Positions 45,901 through 63,794 of a stretch of 64,000 nucleotides of DNA are shown here, in pieces. Position numbers and translations under genes: made by a program. Source of the stretch: the human T2T-CHM13v2.0 reference genome, Homo sapiens. Each line of letters starts with the position of its first letter. Within the stretch, counting starts at the first letter, position 1. The notes beneath the pieces were generated by a model. That model was not told where the DNA came from. It was given only the letters and a program-made list of their open reading frames with translations, and searched no databases. Where the stretch lies: NCBI RefSeq assembly GCF_009914755.1, contig NC_060930.1; one strand, 5' to 3'.

Positions 45901-48582
45901 TCCTTTCTGTAAACAGTTACTTGGTGATCAACAACGTCTACTGAGTGGTTTTGGTTTGCTAGGCATTAAGAAAGGTTATGAAGCAAGTTGAGACCATGCA
46001 AGATACCTGGCCAGAAGATCATTCTCAGTATGAACGTAGGATAAAACACACAGGTCACGAGAATAAATGTTTACAGAATAGGAGAGCTACACGTTTTAAG
46101 AAAGAACATACAAACCAGCATAATATAAATAGAAGCTGGGGTGACATGCCCCATTTGTTGACAAGGGTGGGGTAGTTGTGAGGTTGGTGTGTGTGCAAAG
46201 CAACATTGGGAAAAGCTGAAATCACGATTTGACTCTGCTTCCCCTGATGCAACAGAGGCCTACTCAGCCTTGGGGGAGCAGGCGACTCGCCACAGTATTT
46301 CCTGTTTGCTTGTCACGTTGCCCATTGTATTTGATCTTGCTCCAGCAAAGCGGTGGTGATGTGTTCAATCATTATTTCTTAATCCTCTCCATCTTCTCTC
46401 TCATTTTCTTTCTTATTCATTGATCATGTGTCTCCACTCATTCCACCTCAGCCTGATGCTTGGTGGAAGTTGAACAACTTCCTCCCTCAGTTGCTGACAA
46501 TTCTTTCTCATCCTGCAATATTTTTAGAATGTTCTGGGATTGTGGGGATCCTTGGATGCATTCAGCTTCTTGCTAAGTGTTGGGGCAAGCAAAACTCTGG
46601 CAGGTGAGTTGACTGCGTCTGTAATTTAGAATGAGAGTGAGAGAAAATATAAATGTGGGTACTAAAAAATGGTGTTAGTCTTGGAAAACGAGGTTCAATC
46701 ATAGCTCTCTAAGGTTTGTATATGCTCATAAACACAACTGATAGAAGCAAAGAACAACCACTTCCAGTCAGACACCTGCCAAGTCTTTGGGAAGTTGAGG
46801 CAGAAAAGATGATGGAATGGCTAGGAGGGGCTCTCCCATCAGCTTGATCTCCTGGGAGCAGTGACTGGTTCTTTTTCCTCTCTGCTGGATGCATTGTAAA
46901 TGCTCACTTAGAGCCTTGCATGCATGAATAAACGAACAAACTCTAAAACGTTTCCATGGCTAAGAAGTAACTTTGAGCCAAGCCATAGTCTTCTGAGGCT
47001 TAACTTCTAGGTTTAGCAGAAAATCACTGTGGCTCTGAATTGTTCCTGGACTGACTGCAAGTTTTGGTCATTTGGTGTTTCCTTTGGAATAAAACCACTA
47101 TGTGAGGCCTGAGATCAAGCGCCTGTGCAGCTTTTCCTGGAGAAATACTGTTGGTGGTTGCAGGGTCTTTTTGTTTCTAGAGTTTTATTTTCTGAGACCC
47201 CTTGCCATTAATATTAGTATAGCTGTAGAATTTCGACATTTAAATTTTATATATAAATTATAGCATTTAACATGTGAGTATTCAAAATCCACAACTATTT
47301 ACTTTCTAAGTAAAATACACATTATTTTGCATAAGAATAAATAGCAAAAAGTATCACATAGAAGAAAATCCACATTGTAACTTTGTCATAATAATGTCCT
47401 TGGATCTATGATTCTTTTTAAGAAAAAAAGAAAGAACTATTTGTCGCATGGACTAGGGAAAAATGGGTGGGGGATACAGGCACCTTCTTTGACAAAAAAG
47501 GAATTATATTTTGTGTCATTCAACATTTTTCTCTCTCCTTTTTCTGCCAACCAAAGAACAAAACAAAACAAAAACTCAAAAAACAAATCACTGCAACAAT
47601 AGCAGCAACAACAAAAATACTTAATAAGAGGATTTAGGTGGAATGCTATAAAAATTAGATCAGCAAATAAGATTATGGAATTTCATGTGGTTTCTATAAT
47701 TCTAGGAAAGAGATGTTTTATGTGTTGCTACTAAAGGAAAGTGGGATATAGAAGAGAACAAGAAGAAAGAGAAGAAAGAAAAGGAAAGAAAAATCTCTGT
47801 GTCATGGTCAGTGTTTTCCAACAGGGCACTATTCGCATTTGGGGTACGGTGATTAACCATATTTTATAAAAATGAAGAAGAATTCTGATAGGAACTTAAA
47901 CATGAGTTGTACTCCTCTTGATTAAGTGTACATTTTATTTCGACTTCCAAAATCCCTAATGTTTTAAACTTTTTTTGAAAGAGGATTTCTTCCTGTTACA
48001 GTTTATAAATGTCTCAAAGTGTGGGTGTATGGCAAACCATTCCAAATTTACCCTCAGAGAAGTATTCTTTACTTTTTTGACTGTTCTGGTTCTCCATTTG
48101 ACTTTTGCATGAGAATCCTCAGCTCACTGTGCTCTTCCGTCTTTAAATGCACCCTCTCGGGTGAACTAATTCATTCTCATGGCTTCAGTTGCTGTTGATG
48201 GCCTAGTTTTCACACCCGGCACTGACATTCCAACTACTCTTCATCCCTAAGTCTTATGCAAGGGTGAGAATTTGCACTTAGATCTATTTTCCTCATCTAA
48301 GAAACTGATAAAAATCAAACTCATCTACTTTTCTTTTGCAATATCGATGACACCATCATTTACTGAGTTTTTAAATTTCACTAGTATTTGTCTATTATAA
48401 ACCTATTATGCTAAGTTCTAGTGATACGATGGTGACAAAACAGGCAGAGCCCTGATGTCATGGAACTTTATAGTATAGGGGTAGAAAGGTATTAGTAAAA
48501 TGATCACACAAATATTTATAATAGAGATAATGGTCATGAGAAAAACTACAAATTCCTACAAATGTACAATATAAAGACTTCA

Positions 48583-48937
<355 letters not shown>

Positions 48938-49351
48938 CTTTTTAGACTGCATTTCCTTTAAATCCCCAACTCCCTCAATCACTAAGACCTATTGGCTGCA
49001 CCCCCATTTTTATAGCTGCAGCTCTATTGGAGGGCCCTCTATTTCTGCCCTCCAATTAGCATGAATTACTCTAATTAGATCCTCACTGGACTCTGTCTAT
49101 TGTAGATCATCAGCACACGGCTGTCATGTTAATATTCTTAAATGTTCATTTTTTTTCACATCACTCCTCAACTTAATCTCCAGTGATCCCCAATAATCCA
49201 CTGAATTTACTTCAGCATATTACTGTGCCTAGGTGTGTTCATTGTGCTAATAGAAAATCTATCACCACCTCCTATTCAGAATTACACATGCTGTTCCCTA
49301 CACTCAGAGTGCTGCAGTTCTTCTCTTCTGTACCCCTCACCTTGCATATTT

Positions 49352-49526
49352 CAGTGGTTTTCAAGCCCTCAACACTTGGAGAGTGGGGGATGACAGGGGA
49401 AGAATAGGGGAGGTAGAGAGTGTTGGGAGGTAGGCTCAGGTCTTAGAACCCTCTGCACTGGATTTCCTTAAAATTTCATTTGAGGAAAGGGGTCCAAGGC
49501 AAAACAACAACAACTTGAAATCATTG
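49352..49526. mobile_element. hAT-Charlie-type MITE, subfamily uncertain
   Basis: Imperfect terminal inverted repeats CAGTGGTTTTCAAG / CTTGAAATCATTG. Confidence 0.5.
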
Positions 49527-50069
49527 TGCTGTTGAAGTTTCCAGTTAAGATTCATCTACCCTCATCACCCACTTCCTCCCAACATTGACTTTTCTCCTCT
49601 GTCTTCAGTCTCCAGAGTGGTGTAACTGTACTCCTAGATGAGATGTGGTGTTTTAAGCATTCAACTCTTAATAAATTTGCCTCCTTGAGTCTTGTTTTCT
49701 ACTTCTTTTGCATTCCCTAAAGTGCTTTACTATTGCATAAATGAATGAACAACTTGAGGAACACATGAATGCTCTGTGGTACTTTTAACTAGTGAGAAAT
49801 TTCTGTTTATAAAATTATGGTTTTAATCTATCCTTAGCCATTTTCAGCAATGAGATAAATAGAAATAATCAATATATCATAAGTGACGTTCTGTTTGGGT
49901 TTCCCTGGCAGATGCAGGGGAATCCACATACCTGGCCAAAAAATAAGGGAAGGAGTTGGTCAGAAGTGATGAGAATGTTCTCTCTGAAACTCCTTATTCA
50001 CTGGAATTGGCTGCCTGCCTTGTTCTGCCTCCTTCAATGCCCCCAAGGTTTACCTTTGCTAATCTGTGA

Positions 50070-50412
<343 letters not shown>

Positions 50413-53400
50413 CAAATGTTATATCTCACATCTCTTAGGGAGAATGGAAATCTCTTTAAGACTAAGGTCTACTTTGTTAAGTTAGAGTAATGTGAGTTTA
50501 ATTGCATCACAAATATTGTTAGCACTTATTATTCAAGTTTGTTCCTGAATTATAACAGGACACTGATTTATCCCAAATTCCCAACTGGGAATGAAGAACA
50601 AAGACAAGTCCCTGCACTGGTTTCTCCACTGAGCCCAAAAAACCACATCTGATAAGCTATGTAATTTGCTATAGCAATTTGTGCCAAAAATAAAGGCACA
50701 CTTTTGCAGAGTCGCACATTTCTAAGAAAAACTGAACTCCACCCCATGCTAATCCAGCTCCTTTCTTTCTTTTTCAAACTTGATGTTTATGGATAGAAAA
50801 TACCAGGCTGCATCTTAGGTCCCATACCATTGACGCCCCTTGGCCAAATGGCTAGGTCCATTGGCCTCTAGTCACCCCAAATCTCTCTTGCAGTCACTCT
50901 GTAACCCGAAGGGTGAGTGTAGGCAACAACAGTGGCCAGTTTTACGACACCCCAATAATATGATGTCTTTAATAGCACAGCAGATTCTTGGCTGATGGCC
51001 CTGGTTAAAGGAAGGAGGCACAGAATCTTCGAAGTCATCAATTTTAATGAGCACTGCAACTATTCCAGTAAACTAGATCCCTTTATTTTTGTTTGCTTGA
51101 CAAAGAAACTTGATATGTCTAAGACATTTATTTCTTTTTAGTTCAACACCAGGACAGGAACTTGCTTTTTCACCACCAGTATTAGGCCCCCAATGGTGCT
51201 AAAAATTACTGTGCAGTCTTTTGGAAGGGGAAGAAGAAAAGAGGCTACAAGAAAAAGAAAAACAAAAGAACAAAACCAAACAAACACAAACTTTTGAAAA
51301 ATTCAGGCTTTCTTTGGCTCAGAGGTTAAACATGAATTGTTAGCGTTCCCTTTCAAAGTTGGAGTTTGCCAAGGAATCTCATAAGCTTGCATGGTTTTGT
51401 GGAAGTTACAAGAGAAATAAGAAATTTCATCTGCATTTTCAAAGGCCAGGAATACTCAGTTGTGTGTGCGTGTGTGTCTGTATCTGTGCCTGTGTATGAG
51501 ACAGTGAGAGAGAGAGAGAGAGAGACCGATAGACAGATAAATACAGCCAGAAGCCAAGGAAATTTCAACTACTTTATTTACAACATAATGAATTGAAATC
51601 TTTGGAAGGACTATTTCTGAGCTCTATGAGAAGGACACGTTAAAGGTAGCAAGTAATTTCTGTGGTTTGTAGTGAGATAACAAAGAGGTAAGTTGCTTGA
51701 GATGCTTGCATATTAGAGAAAACAACCCAGCCTTTGCTTCTAATCTTTTCCATCTTTGTGCAAACTCAGTGAACTCTTATTCCACAACTGAAGGCAACAG
51801 GCAGGCATTTGTTTTAACTCCTTAAGTAAACTCAAGTTCTAGAATCATTAAAGTCGAAAGTCCTTGTACAAATCACTAAATACTTTCCTTATTATAAGGA
51901 ATTCATAGCACAGGGCAAACTGTGTCATCTCTTATGAATTTTTCAATCAAAATAAATTTCTCCTTCTTTTTCTGTTAAAACATTCTTTTAATGGAAGAAG
52001 GGGGGGAAAAGCAGCCCAGAAAAAATTACGCAAATGGCAAGGTAGTGACAAGGCATCTATCAAAGTGGCTCTGGAAATTCCAATTTTTAAAGTGCTATAA
52101 AAATATCATTATTAATGATGATTGACTGGGTTTTCAGAGCCAAGATATTTCAAGGCTGCTAAGTTAGAGTTGAGTGCAAAAGCGGGGGTGCTAAAATGGC
52201 TTCAGGGTTCCTTCACTTTGTTTCTTCATTGATTTTTAAGTAACATGTGAACACAGTCAAATTGATGATTTTCATTTTGAATTAGTTTGCCCTCTGTCAT
52301 GCAGAGCCTTCCATCTTTTCCTGACTGTCAGTGCCTAATTCATCTTCATCAAGTCCCCAGCAGGAAGATTCAGATCTTATATTACTCTTTGTTTTACAGT
52401 TTTATTGTTTACAGGAAATTGGGACACAGAGAAAAATAGAGAGGAATCTACCCAAGCTTTAAGTAGAACTACTCAAGGGGAGAAGGTACAACTCCACTTC
52501 TGGGCCTGGAGGTACAGAATCTCCTTTATCGCAGCAGCTGCAGTAGGTGAAACAAGGGACTATAATCAAATACTCCCTGGAGTTATTTTTTGTTTGTTTA
52601 CTATTTTTGCTTTTGTTTCAGATTCCTGAAAGATATTCGGTCTTGGTCTGTGTAAATCTCATACTTTGTACCTGATGCCTTCATGAACCTAGAAGTGCTC
52701 TCCCTTTTACAGAGGAGAAACTAAGGCTAAAGAAAAGCATGTACGGAATAAGCAATAACCATATTAGATTTCAGTATGATCAACTGTTACCGTAAAAATC
52801 TTGTATTTTGCTCTATTTTCAGTCACTGTGAAGGCTGGGAAAAATGACAAGTATGGTTTTTTAAAGTGTAATGAAAATGTGCTTGAAAACATCACAAAAA
52901 TATTGTTTAGGTGAGGCCCAAGGCCCAAGTTAGAGGACTTCTTTAAGGACACAGAGGGAAAAAGAAAAAATGTCAACACCAACAAAACCTATCATTTGCT
53001 GAGCAAAAATCTCCTTCCTACCCCCTGAAGCGCCTTAACTCTCCACCTTCTGTTTCTAACAGCTAGAGCTGCTGCAGCTTCTGAAGATTCATTCTTGCAG
53101 TCCTATGGGAAGTCACCAGTTTGTTCTTTCAACAGTGTGCCAAAAGTGGAAAAAGGAAGAGTTTAAGCAACTGTCAACCAGGAAACTTTCTGTTTGTTTA
53201 TTTTTAAAAAAGAAGACTTATCAAGCTAGCCAAGAAATTTTGTTGAAGTTACAGGCTGTCATTCTTTATAATCGCTCTACTTTCTTTTTCTTTCTGAATC
53301 CTGCATTTCCATGGAGGATAGATAATCTTGGGCATTATCCTCATTGGCTCGGCTTAGCTCTGTCCCTTGGGGTCCTGCTGACTCTATAAACTTTCAACTC

Positions 53401-54224
53401 CTAAATCCAATGCTGGCTCACCCAGGAAAGAAAAAAGCAAACTGAACAATAAAATTCAAGCTGTAGCTTCCGTTGTGACTCAAGAATAGAAAATGTTAAT
53501 GGCCAACAGCATATAAAGTGCCACTAATCACCAATAATTTATTATTTCCCAGTGGGGTCCCCAAACAAACACCATCTTGCCCAACTCCATTACCGTCCAG
53601 GATTGGAAAAGCTTTTCAAAGTTAATTATCTGATTGAATCTTCACCTAGGGTTGAGCAGTTTGAAAATTTTTCATAAAAATTAAATATACCAGAAAGGAG
53701 AAAGTAAGTTTCCTTCCTTTCTTTTCTTTCTTAAGTCCCCCTCTTGTCTCTCTTCCTTTCCTTAGCAAGTCTTTGGCTGTGTCAGCTCTTCTATGCATGA
53801 TTGGTTTGCTGTGATCTATGGAAAACTCTTACTACTTCAGGAATTTTATTTTGCTGGGTTTGGGCTATAGGATTTTGTTTTGAGGAAGTCTTAAAAGCTT
53901 ATATTCTAGCCAAAACCTTTTATTCTTGGAACTGCACAGATAAATTAGACCATTTTGGGAAGGACCTTTGCAGTCACATTGCCAGGAAAAGTTTACAAGT
54001 GTATCCCAAAACATTAAGTATTATTTGGGTGTTCACACAATAGGTTGATAAGATGTTGTTTTTTCCTCTGCTGTTCTTAATGCAGTATATACGTGATTGA
54101 ACGAATAGTATAAATTCATTTATTGGTAATTCTAGGAATAAATAGAATACTTGATTTGGAGGGCCCTAGTAAGTATTTATCGTAACAAACCCACATTCTT
54201 AATATCATACGGAAGAGAGCTTCA

Positions 54225-54626
<402 letters not shown>

Positions 54627-54789
54627 TTAACTTCTGGAGCTAGCTGCACTGGAGTTTAACTAGAATATTTGGAATCTAAATAAGAATTTAAATAATTACT
54701 CATTTTCTGTGTTAGAGTAACAATTTTAATGGTGCACCACATTGTAATTTTATATACGGCATTCGAGTAAGGAATTAATGGGGAAGAGA

Positions 54790-54990
54790 ACTGCATTTGT
54801 TAAGAGCTACCTATGTGCCAGGATCCCAGTATATTCTCCTTGCAGCCCTGTAGGATGGGTATCATTATCCCCGTTTCACAGATGAAGAAATAAAGGTCTA
54901 GGGGGGTTAGGTGACCCAACCAATGTCAAAAATGTAACAGCTAGCAGCCTAGGAAGGTCTATATTACTCCAAATCCATACTCTTTTCCAT
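54790..54990 (-). mobile_element. MIR
   Basis: CTACCTATGTGCCAGG..ATCATTATCCCCGTTTCACAGATGAAGAAA core. Confidence 0.75.
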
Positions 54991-55809
54991 GATAACCTAT
55001 TGCCTTCAAAGGGTGAAAAGGCTAATTTGATATCCACCATTACTGCCTATGTAGACAGGCAAATTTCACTGAGAATATTATCCCTTCCAATGGTCTGTCA
55101 ATGAGAGGTGGGAAAGGTCATTGCCTTTGGATAACCTGTCTCTTCAGGAATTTCTAGGATGAGCAGAGTGTCTTTTCCTCCTCCTCATTGTGTTGTCCAA
55201 GAGTAATGGGCAGCTTGGAGGGGCATTCCAGAATTTCAGCCAATGGTGAAGAATTTGAGGTGAGGGAGGATGAAGCATGTACTGGCACTGTTGTATCAGG
55301 TATAGTAACACAATCTTGAATCAGCCTGAGCTTTCCTATGATCTTCAGTTTGTGATCTTTCCATAGGGCCTTGAGAGTTAGACGATCTCAACCCCATGAT
55401 CAGAACAGGTTCATGGTTGTGTGGGAGTGGTTCCAACTCCACTATAATTGTGAAACATGCAGGCTCATATTCTGGGATACATGCTTCTCCAGCTGTCAAC
55501 ACCTTGATTGTTGAACGACTAAAATTACTTTCATATTAAAGACGGTTAATTCTACAAGGATCTTTCTCCTGAGAATGAAACACACTGTGAGTCATCTCTG
55601 AGAATTTAGGGGGTAGCAGAACCAACAACTTGACCTGAATAGGGCTAGATGATTAACTAGTCAAAGAGAGGTCAACCTTTCTTACTGCAAATTCATTCAA
55701 TCTGAAACATGATTTTGGTGACGTTTGCCAAAGAGAGTACCCTGAGGCAAAGAAGATCACACAAGGTTGAAGACTATTAGAACAGGATTCCAAAAAGATA
55801 TGCTTCTAG

Positions 55810-56269
<460 letters not shown>

Positions 56270-58081
56270 GCTGCTAGTAAAATGATGAGAATCATCAGGG
56301 ATAAATAAGACCAGTGAAACTGCACCCAGACGGTGTCTCGGAACAGACGGTGACAAAACAAACATTGGCTATAAGTAGAACTCACCTCACCTGGTTGGTG
56401 AGTTTGCTGCCAGCACTGCATAGGGCAGATTTCACAGAATGGGGAACAACAGGACTACTGGTCAGGGAAGACAGGCATACTGGGGAAGAGTCCTCAGGGA
56501 GCAAATTAGTAAGGCCCTTTTCCCTCTGGGGTAATAAAACAGACACAAAGAAGAACTTGAAGGATTAGAAGACTGGGCTAGACTCAAGAAGAGTTAGGAC
56601 GTACCTGCAAATTCAGAGTAGGATATCCTGAAGTGCAGAAAATAAATCTTTAGCTATTTATCATCTTTGTCCCCAAATAAGGTTCCCATAGGAATGCCAT
56701 ATTGATCAAGTTGGAAAGCCCCACACCAGGAACAAATATTATAACATAGGTTGTAGAAGATATTAAAAATTGGTAAGACTTCACTCTGAGTATCCTAGAT
56801 AAAAAGGGAGTCAGTAATTACATACCAAAGAACATAACTAGGATAACTCTTCAATTACTTGATTTTTTGGGGGGTAACTTTTTCATGTTTATTGTCATTA
56901 TCTCCATCTACTTTTCCATACTATCTTTAAAAATGGAAGAACCTGTGTGCTTATTCTGGGTTATAACAAGAAAGGGAGGAGGTTGGAGAATCATATTATA
57001 CATTGCAGTCTACCCTGGGGAGAGCCTACCTTGAAGAGAAACAAATCATGGGTTATAGAGTAGGAGGGGACAGCTTTTTTTTTTTCTTAAAGCAAGTTAA
57101 ATACCTAGGGTGTATAGGGAGGAAGAAAAGGTCCCTTTGTGACACAGCTGGGGATGAGCAAGAGGAAATTAGGGGGCATGGAGGCCCTTCTCTTGAACAG
57201 TGATTTCAGACATACTCAAGAGAAGGCATTATTCCAGCCTCCAAGAGATTCGAAGAGATTCCTAAGCATTTAAATGATGGAACTGTATCGTCTCAATCAA
57301 CTAAAAACACATTTCCTAATGATTTGTAGCTCTCTGCTGGCTGGGTGAAGGGGCCTGTCTACAAACCTAGTGTGGTCATCAGTCTGAGTGCTGTCTTCTT
57401 GGAGATCTGAGGATGTGCCTCTGGATAGCATAGAGAGCCTGCCAAGACTTACCAAACTCCCCTGTCTCCACTACTCTGATGGTTCATGAGAAACAAATGC
57501 TACAGTCATAAGGATTTGCAGTGCATCTCTAGGATTAGGTAGAAAAATGAAAAAAGCTGGGAGATGGTTGGGATTTTGTTTCGTTTTGTTTTTTTTGCTT
57601 CCAATTTGTGGTCGTGACTGGAAAGGAAAGGAGAAAGGAGGGTAATAGCTGGTTACGTAGAAGGCATCTAAAGGAAAGAATTCGTCTTCTGGATCATGAC
57701 AGCAACATCAGAAAGATGTACTACTGAAGATGGAAAGGGCAACAGATCAAAGTGGAGAGCATATTTAACAAGGATGAATGGATAAAGGGGAGGGAGAAAA
57801 ATCAAGACCAACTACCAGCTAGGTAACAAGGACAGTGAGCATGACAGAAAAAGAATTTGTACAGTGAAAGTGGTCCCTGGTAATGATCATTCTTTCCTTC
57901 ATTCGACAAATAACAGAGAATTTCGCTTAGAATAATCTTTATGTCTTTAGGAAGCTATCTTATGTCAACAGAAAGGAGGTGACAAAATGAGCTCAAAGTT
58001 TTAAAGCAAAAAGTAAATATAATGTTATTGAGAGCACTAAGACTGAATGGGATAAAATTCAGCCTAAAAAAAATTAAGAGA

Positions 58082-58418
<337 letters not shown>

Positions 58419-59252
58419 CTATAGGAGAAACGAGATTAGTGCCATGTATAACTAAGATATATATCAAGGTGGAGACAAAGCAAAAAAAGGTAAAGCAAAT
58501 AAAGCAAATGAGAAATTAGTTATACTGCTATATACACCTCAAGACCATGGTGGAGGAGGGAGGAAATGGATATTGTGTTTTTGGTGTTACATCTTGGTAC
58601 GAGTAACCCTTGGCAGTAAGGGGAGAATTTGATTATCTTTGAAAAAGTTAATTTTGCTCAAATTAAAGTATTTGGTAAATGCCTAACTTTTAATGTTGAC
58701 ATTTTAAATCTCTATAAATAAGAGAGCATACAAGAGAGTTGAATGTCAATATGGAGATTCTGAGGGGTAATAACGAGGGAGTAACCAAAGTCTTGGAGCC
58801 TAGACTATAGAAGGTCATGTATGTGGTCCTGCTTGTACTCCTTGAAATGAAGTTCTTGGACAGGATAGTTCCACAAATTCTTATTGGTCTGCATCAAGAT
58901 GAAAGTAAGTATTGGAAACTTTTACAGTGATTTTTATCACCACAACATTTTTATTTTATTATATGAAACTAAAACTGATCCCTTACCACAGATACTTTGA
59001 GAGGCACTTTCCTAGTTCATAATAAAATAGAATTAGAAAACTTTACTGCCTTTTGTCCTGACCGTGAATACAGCTTGAGAAAAGGAAAGAGGGAGAATGT
59101 GAATATATATTTGGGAATTATCCCAATGGAACAAATGAGGAAAATAATTTTAAAAGCAGTGTGATTGTACTAGAAGCTCTCTTGATGAGAAAAAGGGGTT
59201 AAAACCTTTTTATTGAGCACTCTTATATGTAGGCACTTTTATTGAGATTATC

Positions 59253-59546
59253 TTTTGTTTTCGAGACAAGGTCTTGCTCAGTCACCCAGGCTGGAGGGCA
59301 GTGTCACAGTCTCAGCTCACTGCAGCTTTGAATTCCAAGCTCAAGCGGATCCTCTCACCTCAGCCTCCCGAGTAGGTGGGACTACAGGTGCACACCACCA
59401 CACCTGGCTAATTTTTTTGACTTTTTTGTAGAGACAGGGTCTCACTGTGTTGCCCAGGCTGGTCTCGAACTCCTGAGCTCAAGTGATCCTCCCACATCAA
59501 TCTCCCAAAGTCCTTGGATTACAGGTGTGAATCAATGCACCTGGTT
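59253..59546 (-). mobile_element. AluJ, full length
   Basis: J-type features; degenerate TSD TATT(G/T)AGATTAT. Confidence 0.9.
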
Positions 59547-59616
59547 TATTTAGATTATTTTAAGTAATGAAATTCTAATTTTTATGGAAGGTGGGGCATA
59601 ACTGAAGCTCAGTGAC

Positions 59617-60064
59617 TTTAGTGGGTTGAAGGTGTCCCCCAAAAGATATATCCATATTCCAGTCCCTAGAACCTGTGACTATTAACATATATGGCAAAAA
59701 AAGATGTGATTAAGTTACAGATCTTGAGAAGAGGAGCTTATCCTAAAGAGGTCCTAAATGCAATCACACATATTCTTATAAGAAAGATGCACCGAGAAAG
59801 ACATAGCGAAAAGGAAGAGGCGATGTGACTATGGAAGCAGAGATTGGAGTGATGCAGCCACATGCCAAGGAGTATCCACAGCCACCAGAAGTCGAAGAGG
59901 CAAGGAAGGGGTTTTCCCCTAAAGCCTTTGGAGGGCGTGTGTCCCTGCCGACACTTTGATTTCAGGCTTGACTGGCCTCCAGAACTGTGAGATAATAAAT
60001 TTCTGTTGTTCTAAGCTACTCAGTTTGTGGCAATTTGTTACAGCAGCCTTAGGAAACTAATGCA
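59617..60064 (+). mobile_element. MLT1C-like MaLR solo LTR
   Basis: CCCCCAAAAGATAT..GCAGAGATTGGAGTGATGCAGCCAC..GCCTCCAGAACTGTGAGA..AATAAATTTCTGTTG..GGAAACTAATGCA; 5-bp TSD GTGAC at 59612-59616 / 60065-60069. Confidence 0.9.
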
Positions 60065-60402
60065 GTGACCTAAAGTAACTTATAGAAAATGAAAAATCTG
60101 ATGTTTAGCCTCGGGTGTCACTCCAAAGCCTTTTATGATGACCCATCATATCGCAGGCTTCTAGACTTTATAATAGCTGGATCAAATGATTAGAAATAGG
60201 TTGAAAGGCTAGGGAAAGCACAGAGAAATAAAGCGTGTATGCTGTGGCCTCATATACTAGGTTTCAATCCTGGTTCCTCTGCTCACTTTACTTGCCTTCT
60301 GGAAGTTCCAGTTCCCTCAAATGTAAACTATTATAAATGTCATAAACCAAATTAACATGGTATTGTAAGGATTAAGAAGCCATGTATATAAACTTCTTTG
60401 CA

Positions 60403-60715
<313 letters not shown>

Positions 60716-61321
60716 CTATTCAAATGCTAATTCCTAAGACCCCCATTCTCCTCTACCCTCAGTCCCCCAAGAGAGACTGAAGAGAGGATGTATGCAGCAA
60801 TCTTTATACTCTGTATCTCATCTGTTGCAGCTGCAATGGGATTGGTTCGCCCATTTTCCTGCCACAGCAGAGATGAACATCTTCCTCTCTCTAGCTGTAG
60901 AGTCCTAATATTACGGGCCTGCGGGAGCAACAAGAAGCCCCTGAACCTGTGGAGCAATTTTACTTGAAAGAAAACCTCAGAAGCTACCATGCCAAAACAA
61001 AATAGTTGTTTTTGGTAGATTTTTTCTTTTAGTGTTCAGATGGACAATACTAAATAACTCTATTCAACAGGCCAGTTCATTTCTACTTGTTTACTTATAC
61101 CCTGCCTTGTTCCAGAAAGGATTTAAGGTGGATTACCTATTAATACCACACAAGATAAAATGAAGTGAAAAATAAGTGGGTGAGGAAAGTAGGACACCAG
61201 GAAAATAAGATGCAGAAAATTAAGTGACAGCAGGAGTGAGTTAGACTCATTGTGCTTTGTAAGGGCTTGTGTGCCCACTGAGGCTGGCCGGGAGAGTGTC
61301 TCTAAGCTTTCTTGCTATTAA

Positions 61322-61648
<327 letters not shown>

Positions 61649-62390
61649 ACAATGTCCTCTTTAGGAAGTAATTTCTGTCTGCCCAGAGCACTGGCTATGG
61701 AACATAAAGATCTCAAAGATTTTAACACTGAGCATGACCATACTCATTTTAGCCTGAATTATTTTTTTAAAAAAAGGATCAGTGAAACTTTCATTTTTGA
61801 GAAACATAACTGTCTGATATACTGGCTAGTATACTAGCCACCAAATTTATATTTATACAACTGATGACTAACTAGGTGCACAGGCTGATTAACTATAAAT
61901 CAGGTATGCGGAAGGGGATGCCTACCCAAAAGATGCCTTTGGTTTTAAAACTATCCATTTGTTGTCTTTTTTGGCATTGGTCAGGGCAAGCTTGACCTGC
62001 AGCCACTTGCTGTTCATGCCAATTAATTTGGTGTCTCCTTATAAGAGAATATCTATTTTTCTATTCTCTAGAACAGAAAGAAATGAGTCAAAATTATAGA
62101 AAAGTATCATTAAATTATTGATTCAAATTAGATGGAAACTAGTGGTTGGATGAAGCACAGTCTCTGTTTTTATTCCACTGAAATCACCATCTGAAGAGTA
62201 ATTCACTTAGCTTTTCTGGATGTGAATTTTGCATCTAATTCATAGTGGGAGCCCATAACAATGTTGCAACGCTTAAAATAAAAAAGTTGACAAAGGCTAT
62301 ATTAAATGACTTTATAGTGAAAATTGATGATGGGGAAGTAACTACGGCCCTCAAACCCCTTCAGAATTGGATGATCTCTCTGCTGTCTGG

Positions 62391-62618
62391 CAGGGGTTGG
62401 CAAACTTTTTCTGTAAAGGGCCAGATAGTAAATATTTTAGGTTTTGTGGGCCAAATGTTCTCTGTTGTAACTATTCAACTCTCCATTGTGATGTAATGTC
62501 TATGAATGGACAGTGTATAAGCTAAGGGGGATAGCTGCATTTCAATAAAACTTTATTTACAAAAACAGGTGGCAAGGGAATTTGGTTAATTAATGAGCTA
62601 TAGTTTGCCTGCTTTATG
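62391..62618 (+). mobile_element. MER58A
   Basis: CAGGGGTTGGCAAACTTTTTCTGTAAAGGGCCAGATAGTAAATATTTTAGG..CAATAAAACTTTATTTACAAAAACAGG. Confidence 0.88.
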
Positions 62619-63083
62619 TTGTAGAACTATGGGGTTTTATGTTCTTGTTTAAAGTTTTCACTATATTCAAAACTGTTTTCAAAGAGAAATTTTGGTTTGA
62701 CCATCTACCTCCCTGAAGATTATGGGTAGGCTCTCTTTTTAGACAAGAAGCTTTGATTTTTGAAACAGATCATTGCCACCTACATACCAGTTATCTAAAA
62801 CACGAAGCTCTCCATTTTATCAACAACACAGAAAAACTACATTCTAGGCTCCCCATATAACTTCAACCACTATAAATGACAGCATAGCTACTTGTAAAGG
62901 CCTGGCTGATGCAGAGAGATAAGAAAGATAACTTAAGGTGCATAATAATTCATTACTCTAGATTTTTAAATGTTCAGACTTGTATCAAGCCACATGATTA
63001 AGAATATGTATACATGTACTACATTACCTTCCCTCCTCTAGAAGTGTCCTTGCAGAATTGCAGTTTCACACCACTCCATCATC

Positions 63084-63440
<357 letters not shown>

Positions 63441-63794
63441 TGAAAAACTATGGTTGAATACACTTTTCATTAGATTGTTTTACGTCATTTAGGAAGTAAA
63501 GCTCTGTGTGACCCTTAGCATTTAGTGGGACAATGGAATTGTATCTCTTGTGCTTCCTGTTGTTTACCAAGGAGTGCAATGTAACTCCTCTTATGCTACC
63601 CCTTGTATATATATTTTAAGCTCTGTTTCCAAAAAGTGAAACTAAGTATATGTTCAATTGCACAGCTTGTATTCAGCCTAGGTTTAGAAGCCCCAAGCAG
63701 AAGTAATGGTCAACATTCATTTCTATAGCACGCACTGGCTGGCCTCTGGTCCTCAGGCAGAATTTTTTTTTTTTTTTTTTTAATAAAAAATAGA

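Noticed and set aside
56281-56350. ATGATGA C-box-like motif (possible snoRNA)
   Set aside because: No properly placed CTGA D box or terminal stem
62245-62496. 83-aa ORF with a protein-like N-terminal half
   Set aside because: GTG start, runs into MER58A, no recognised homology
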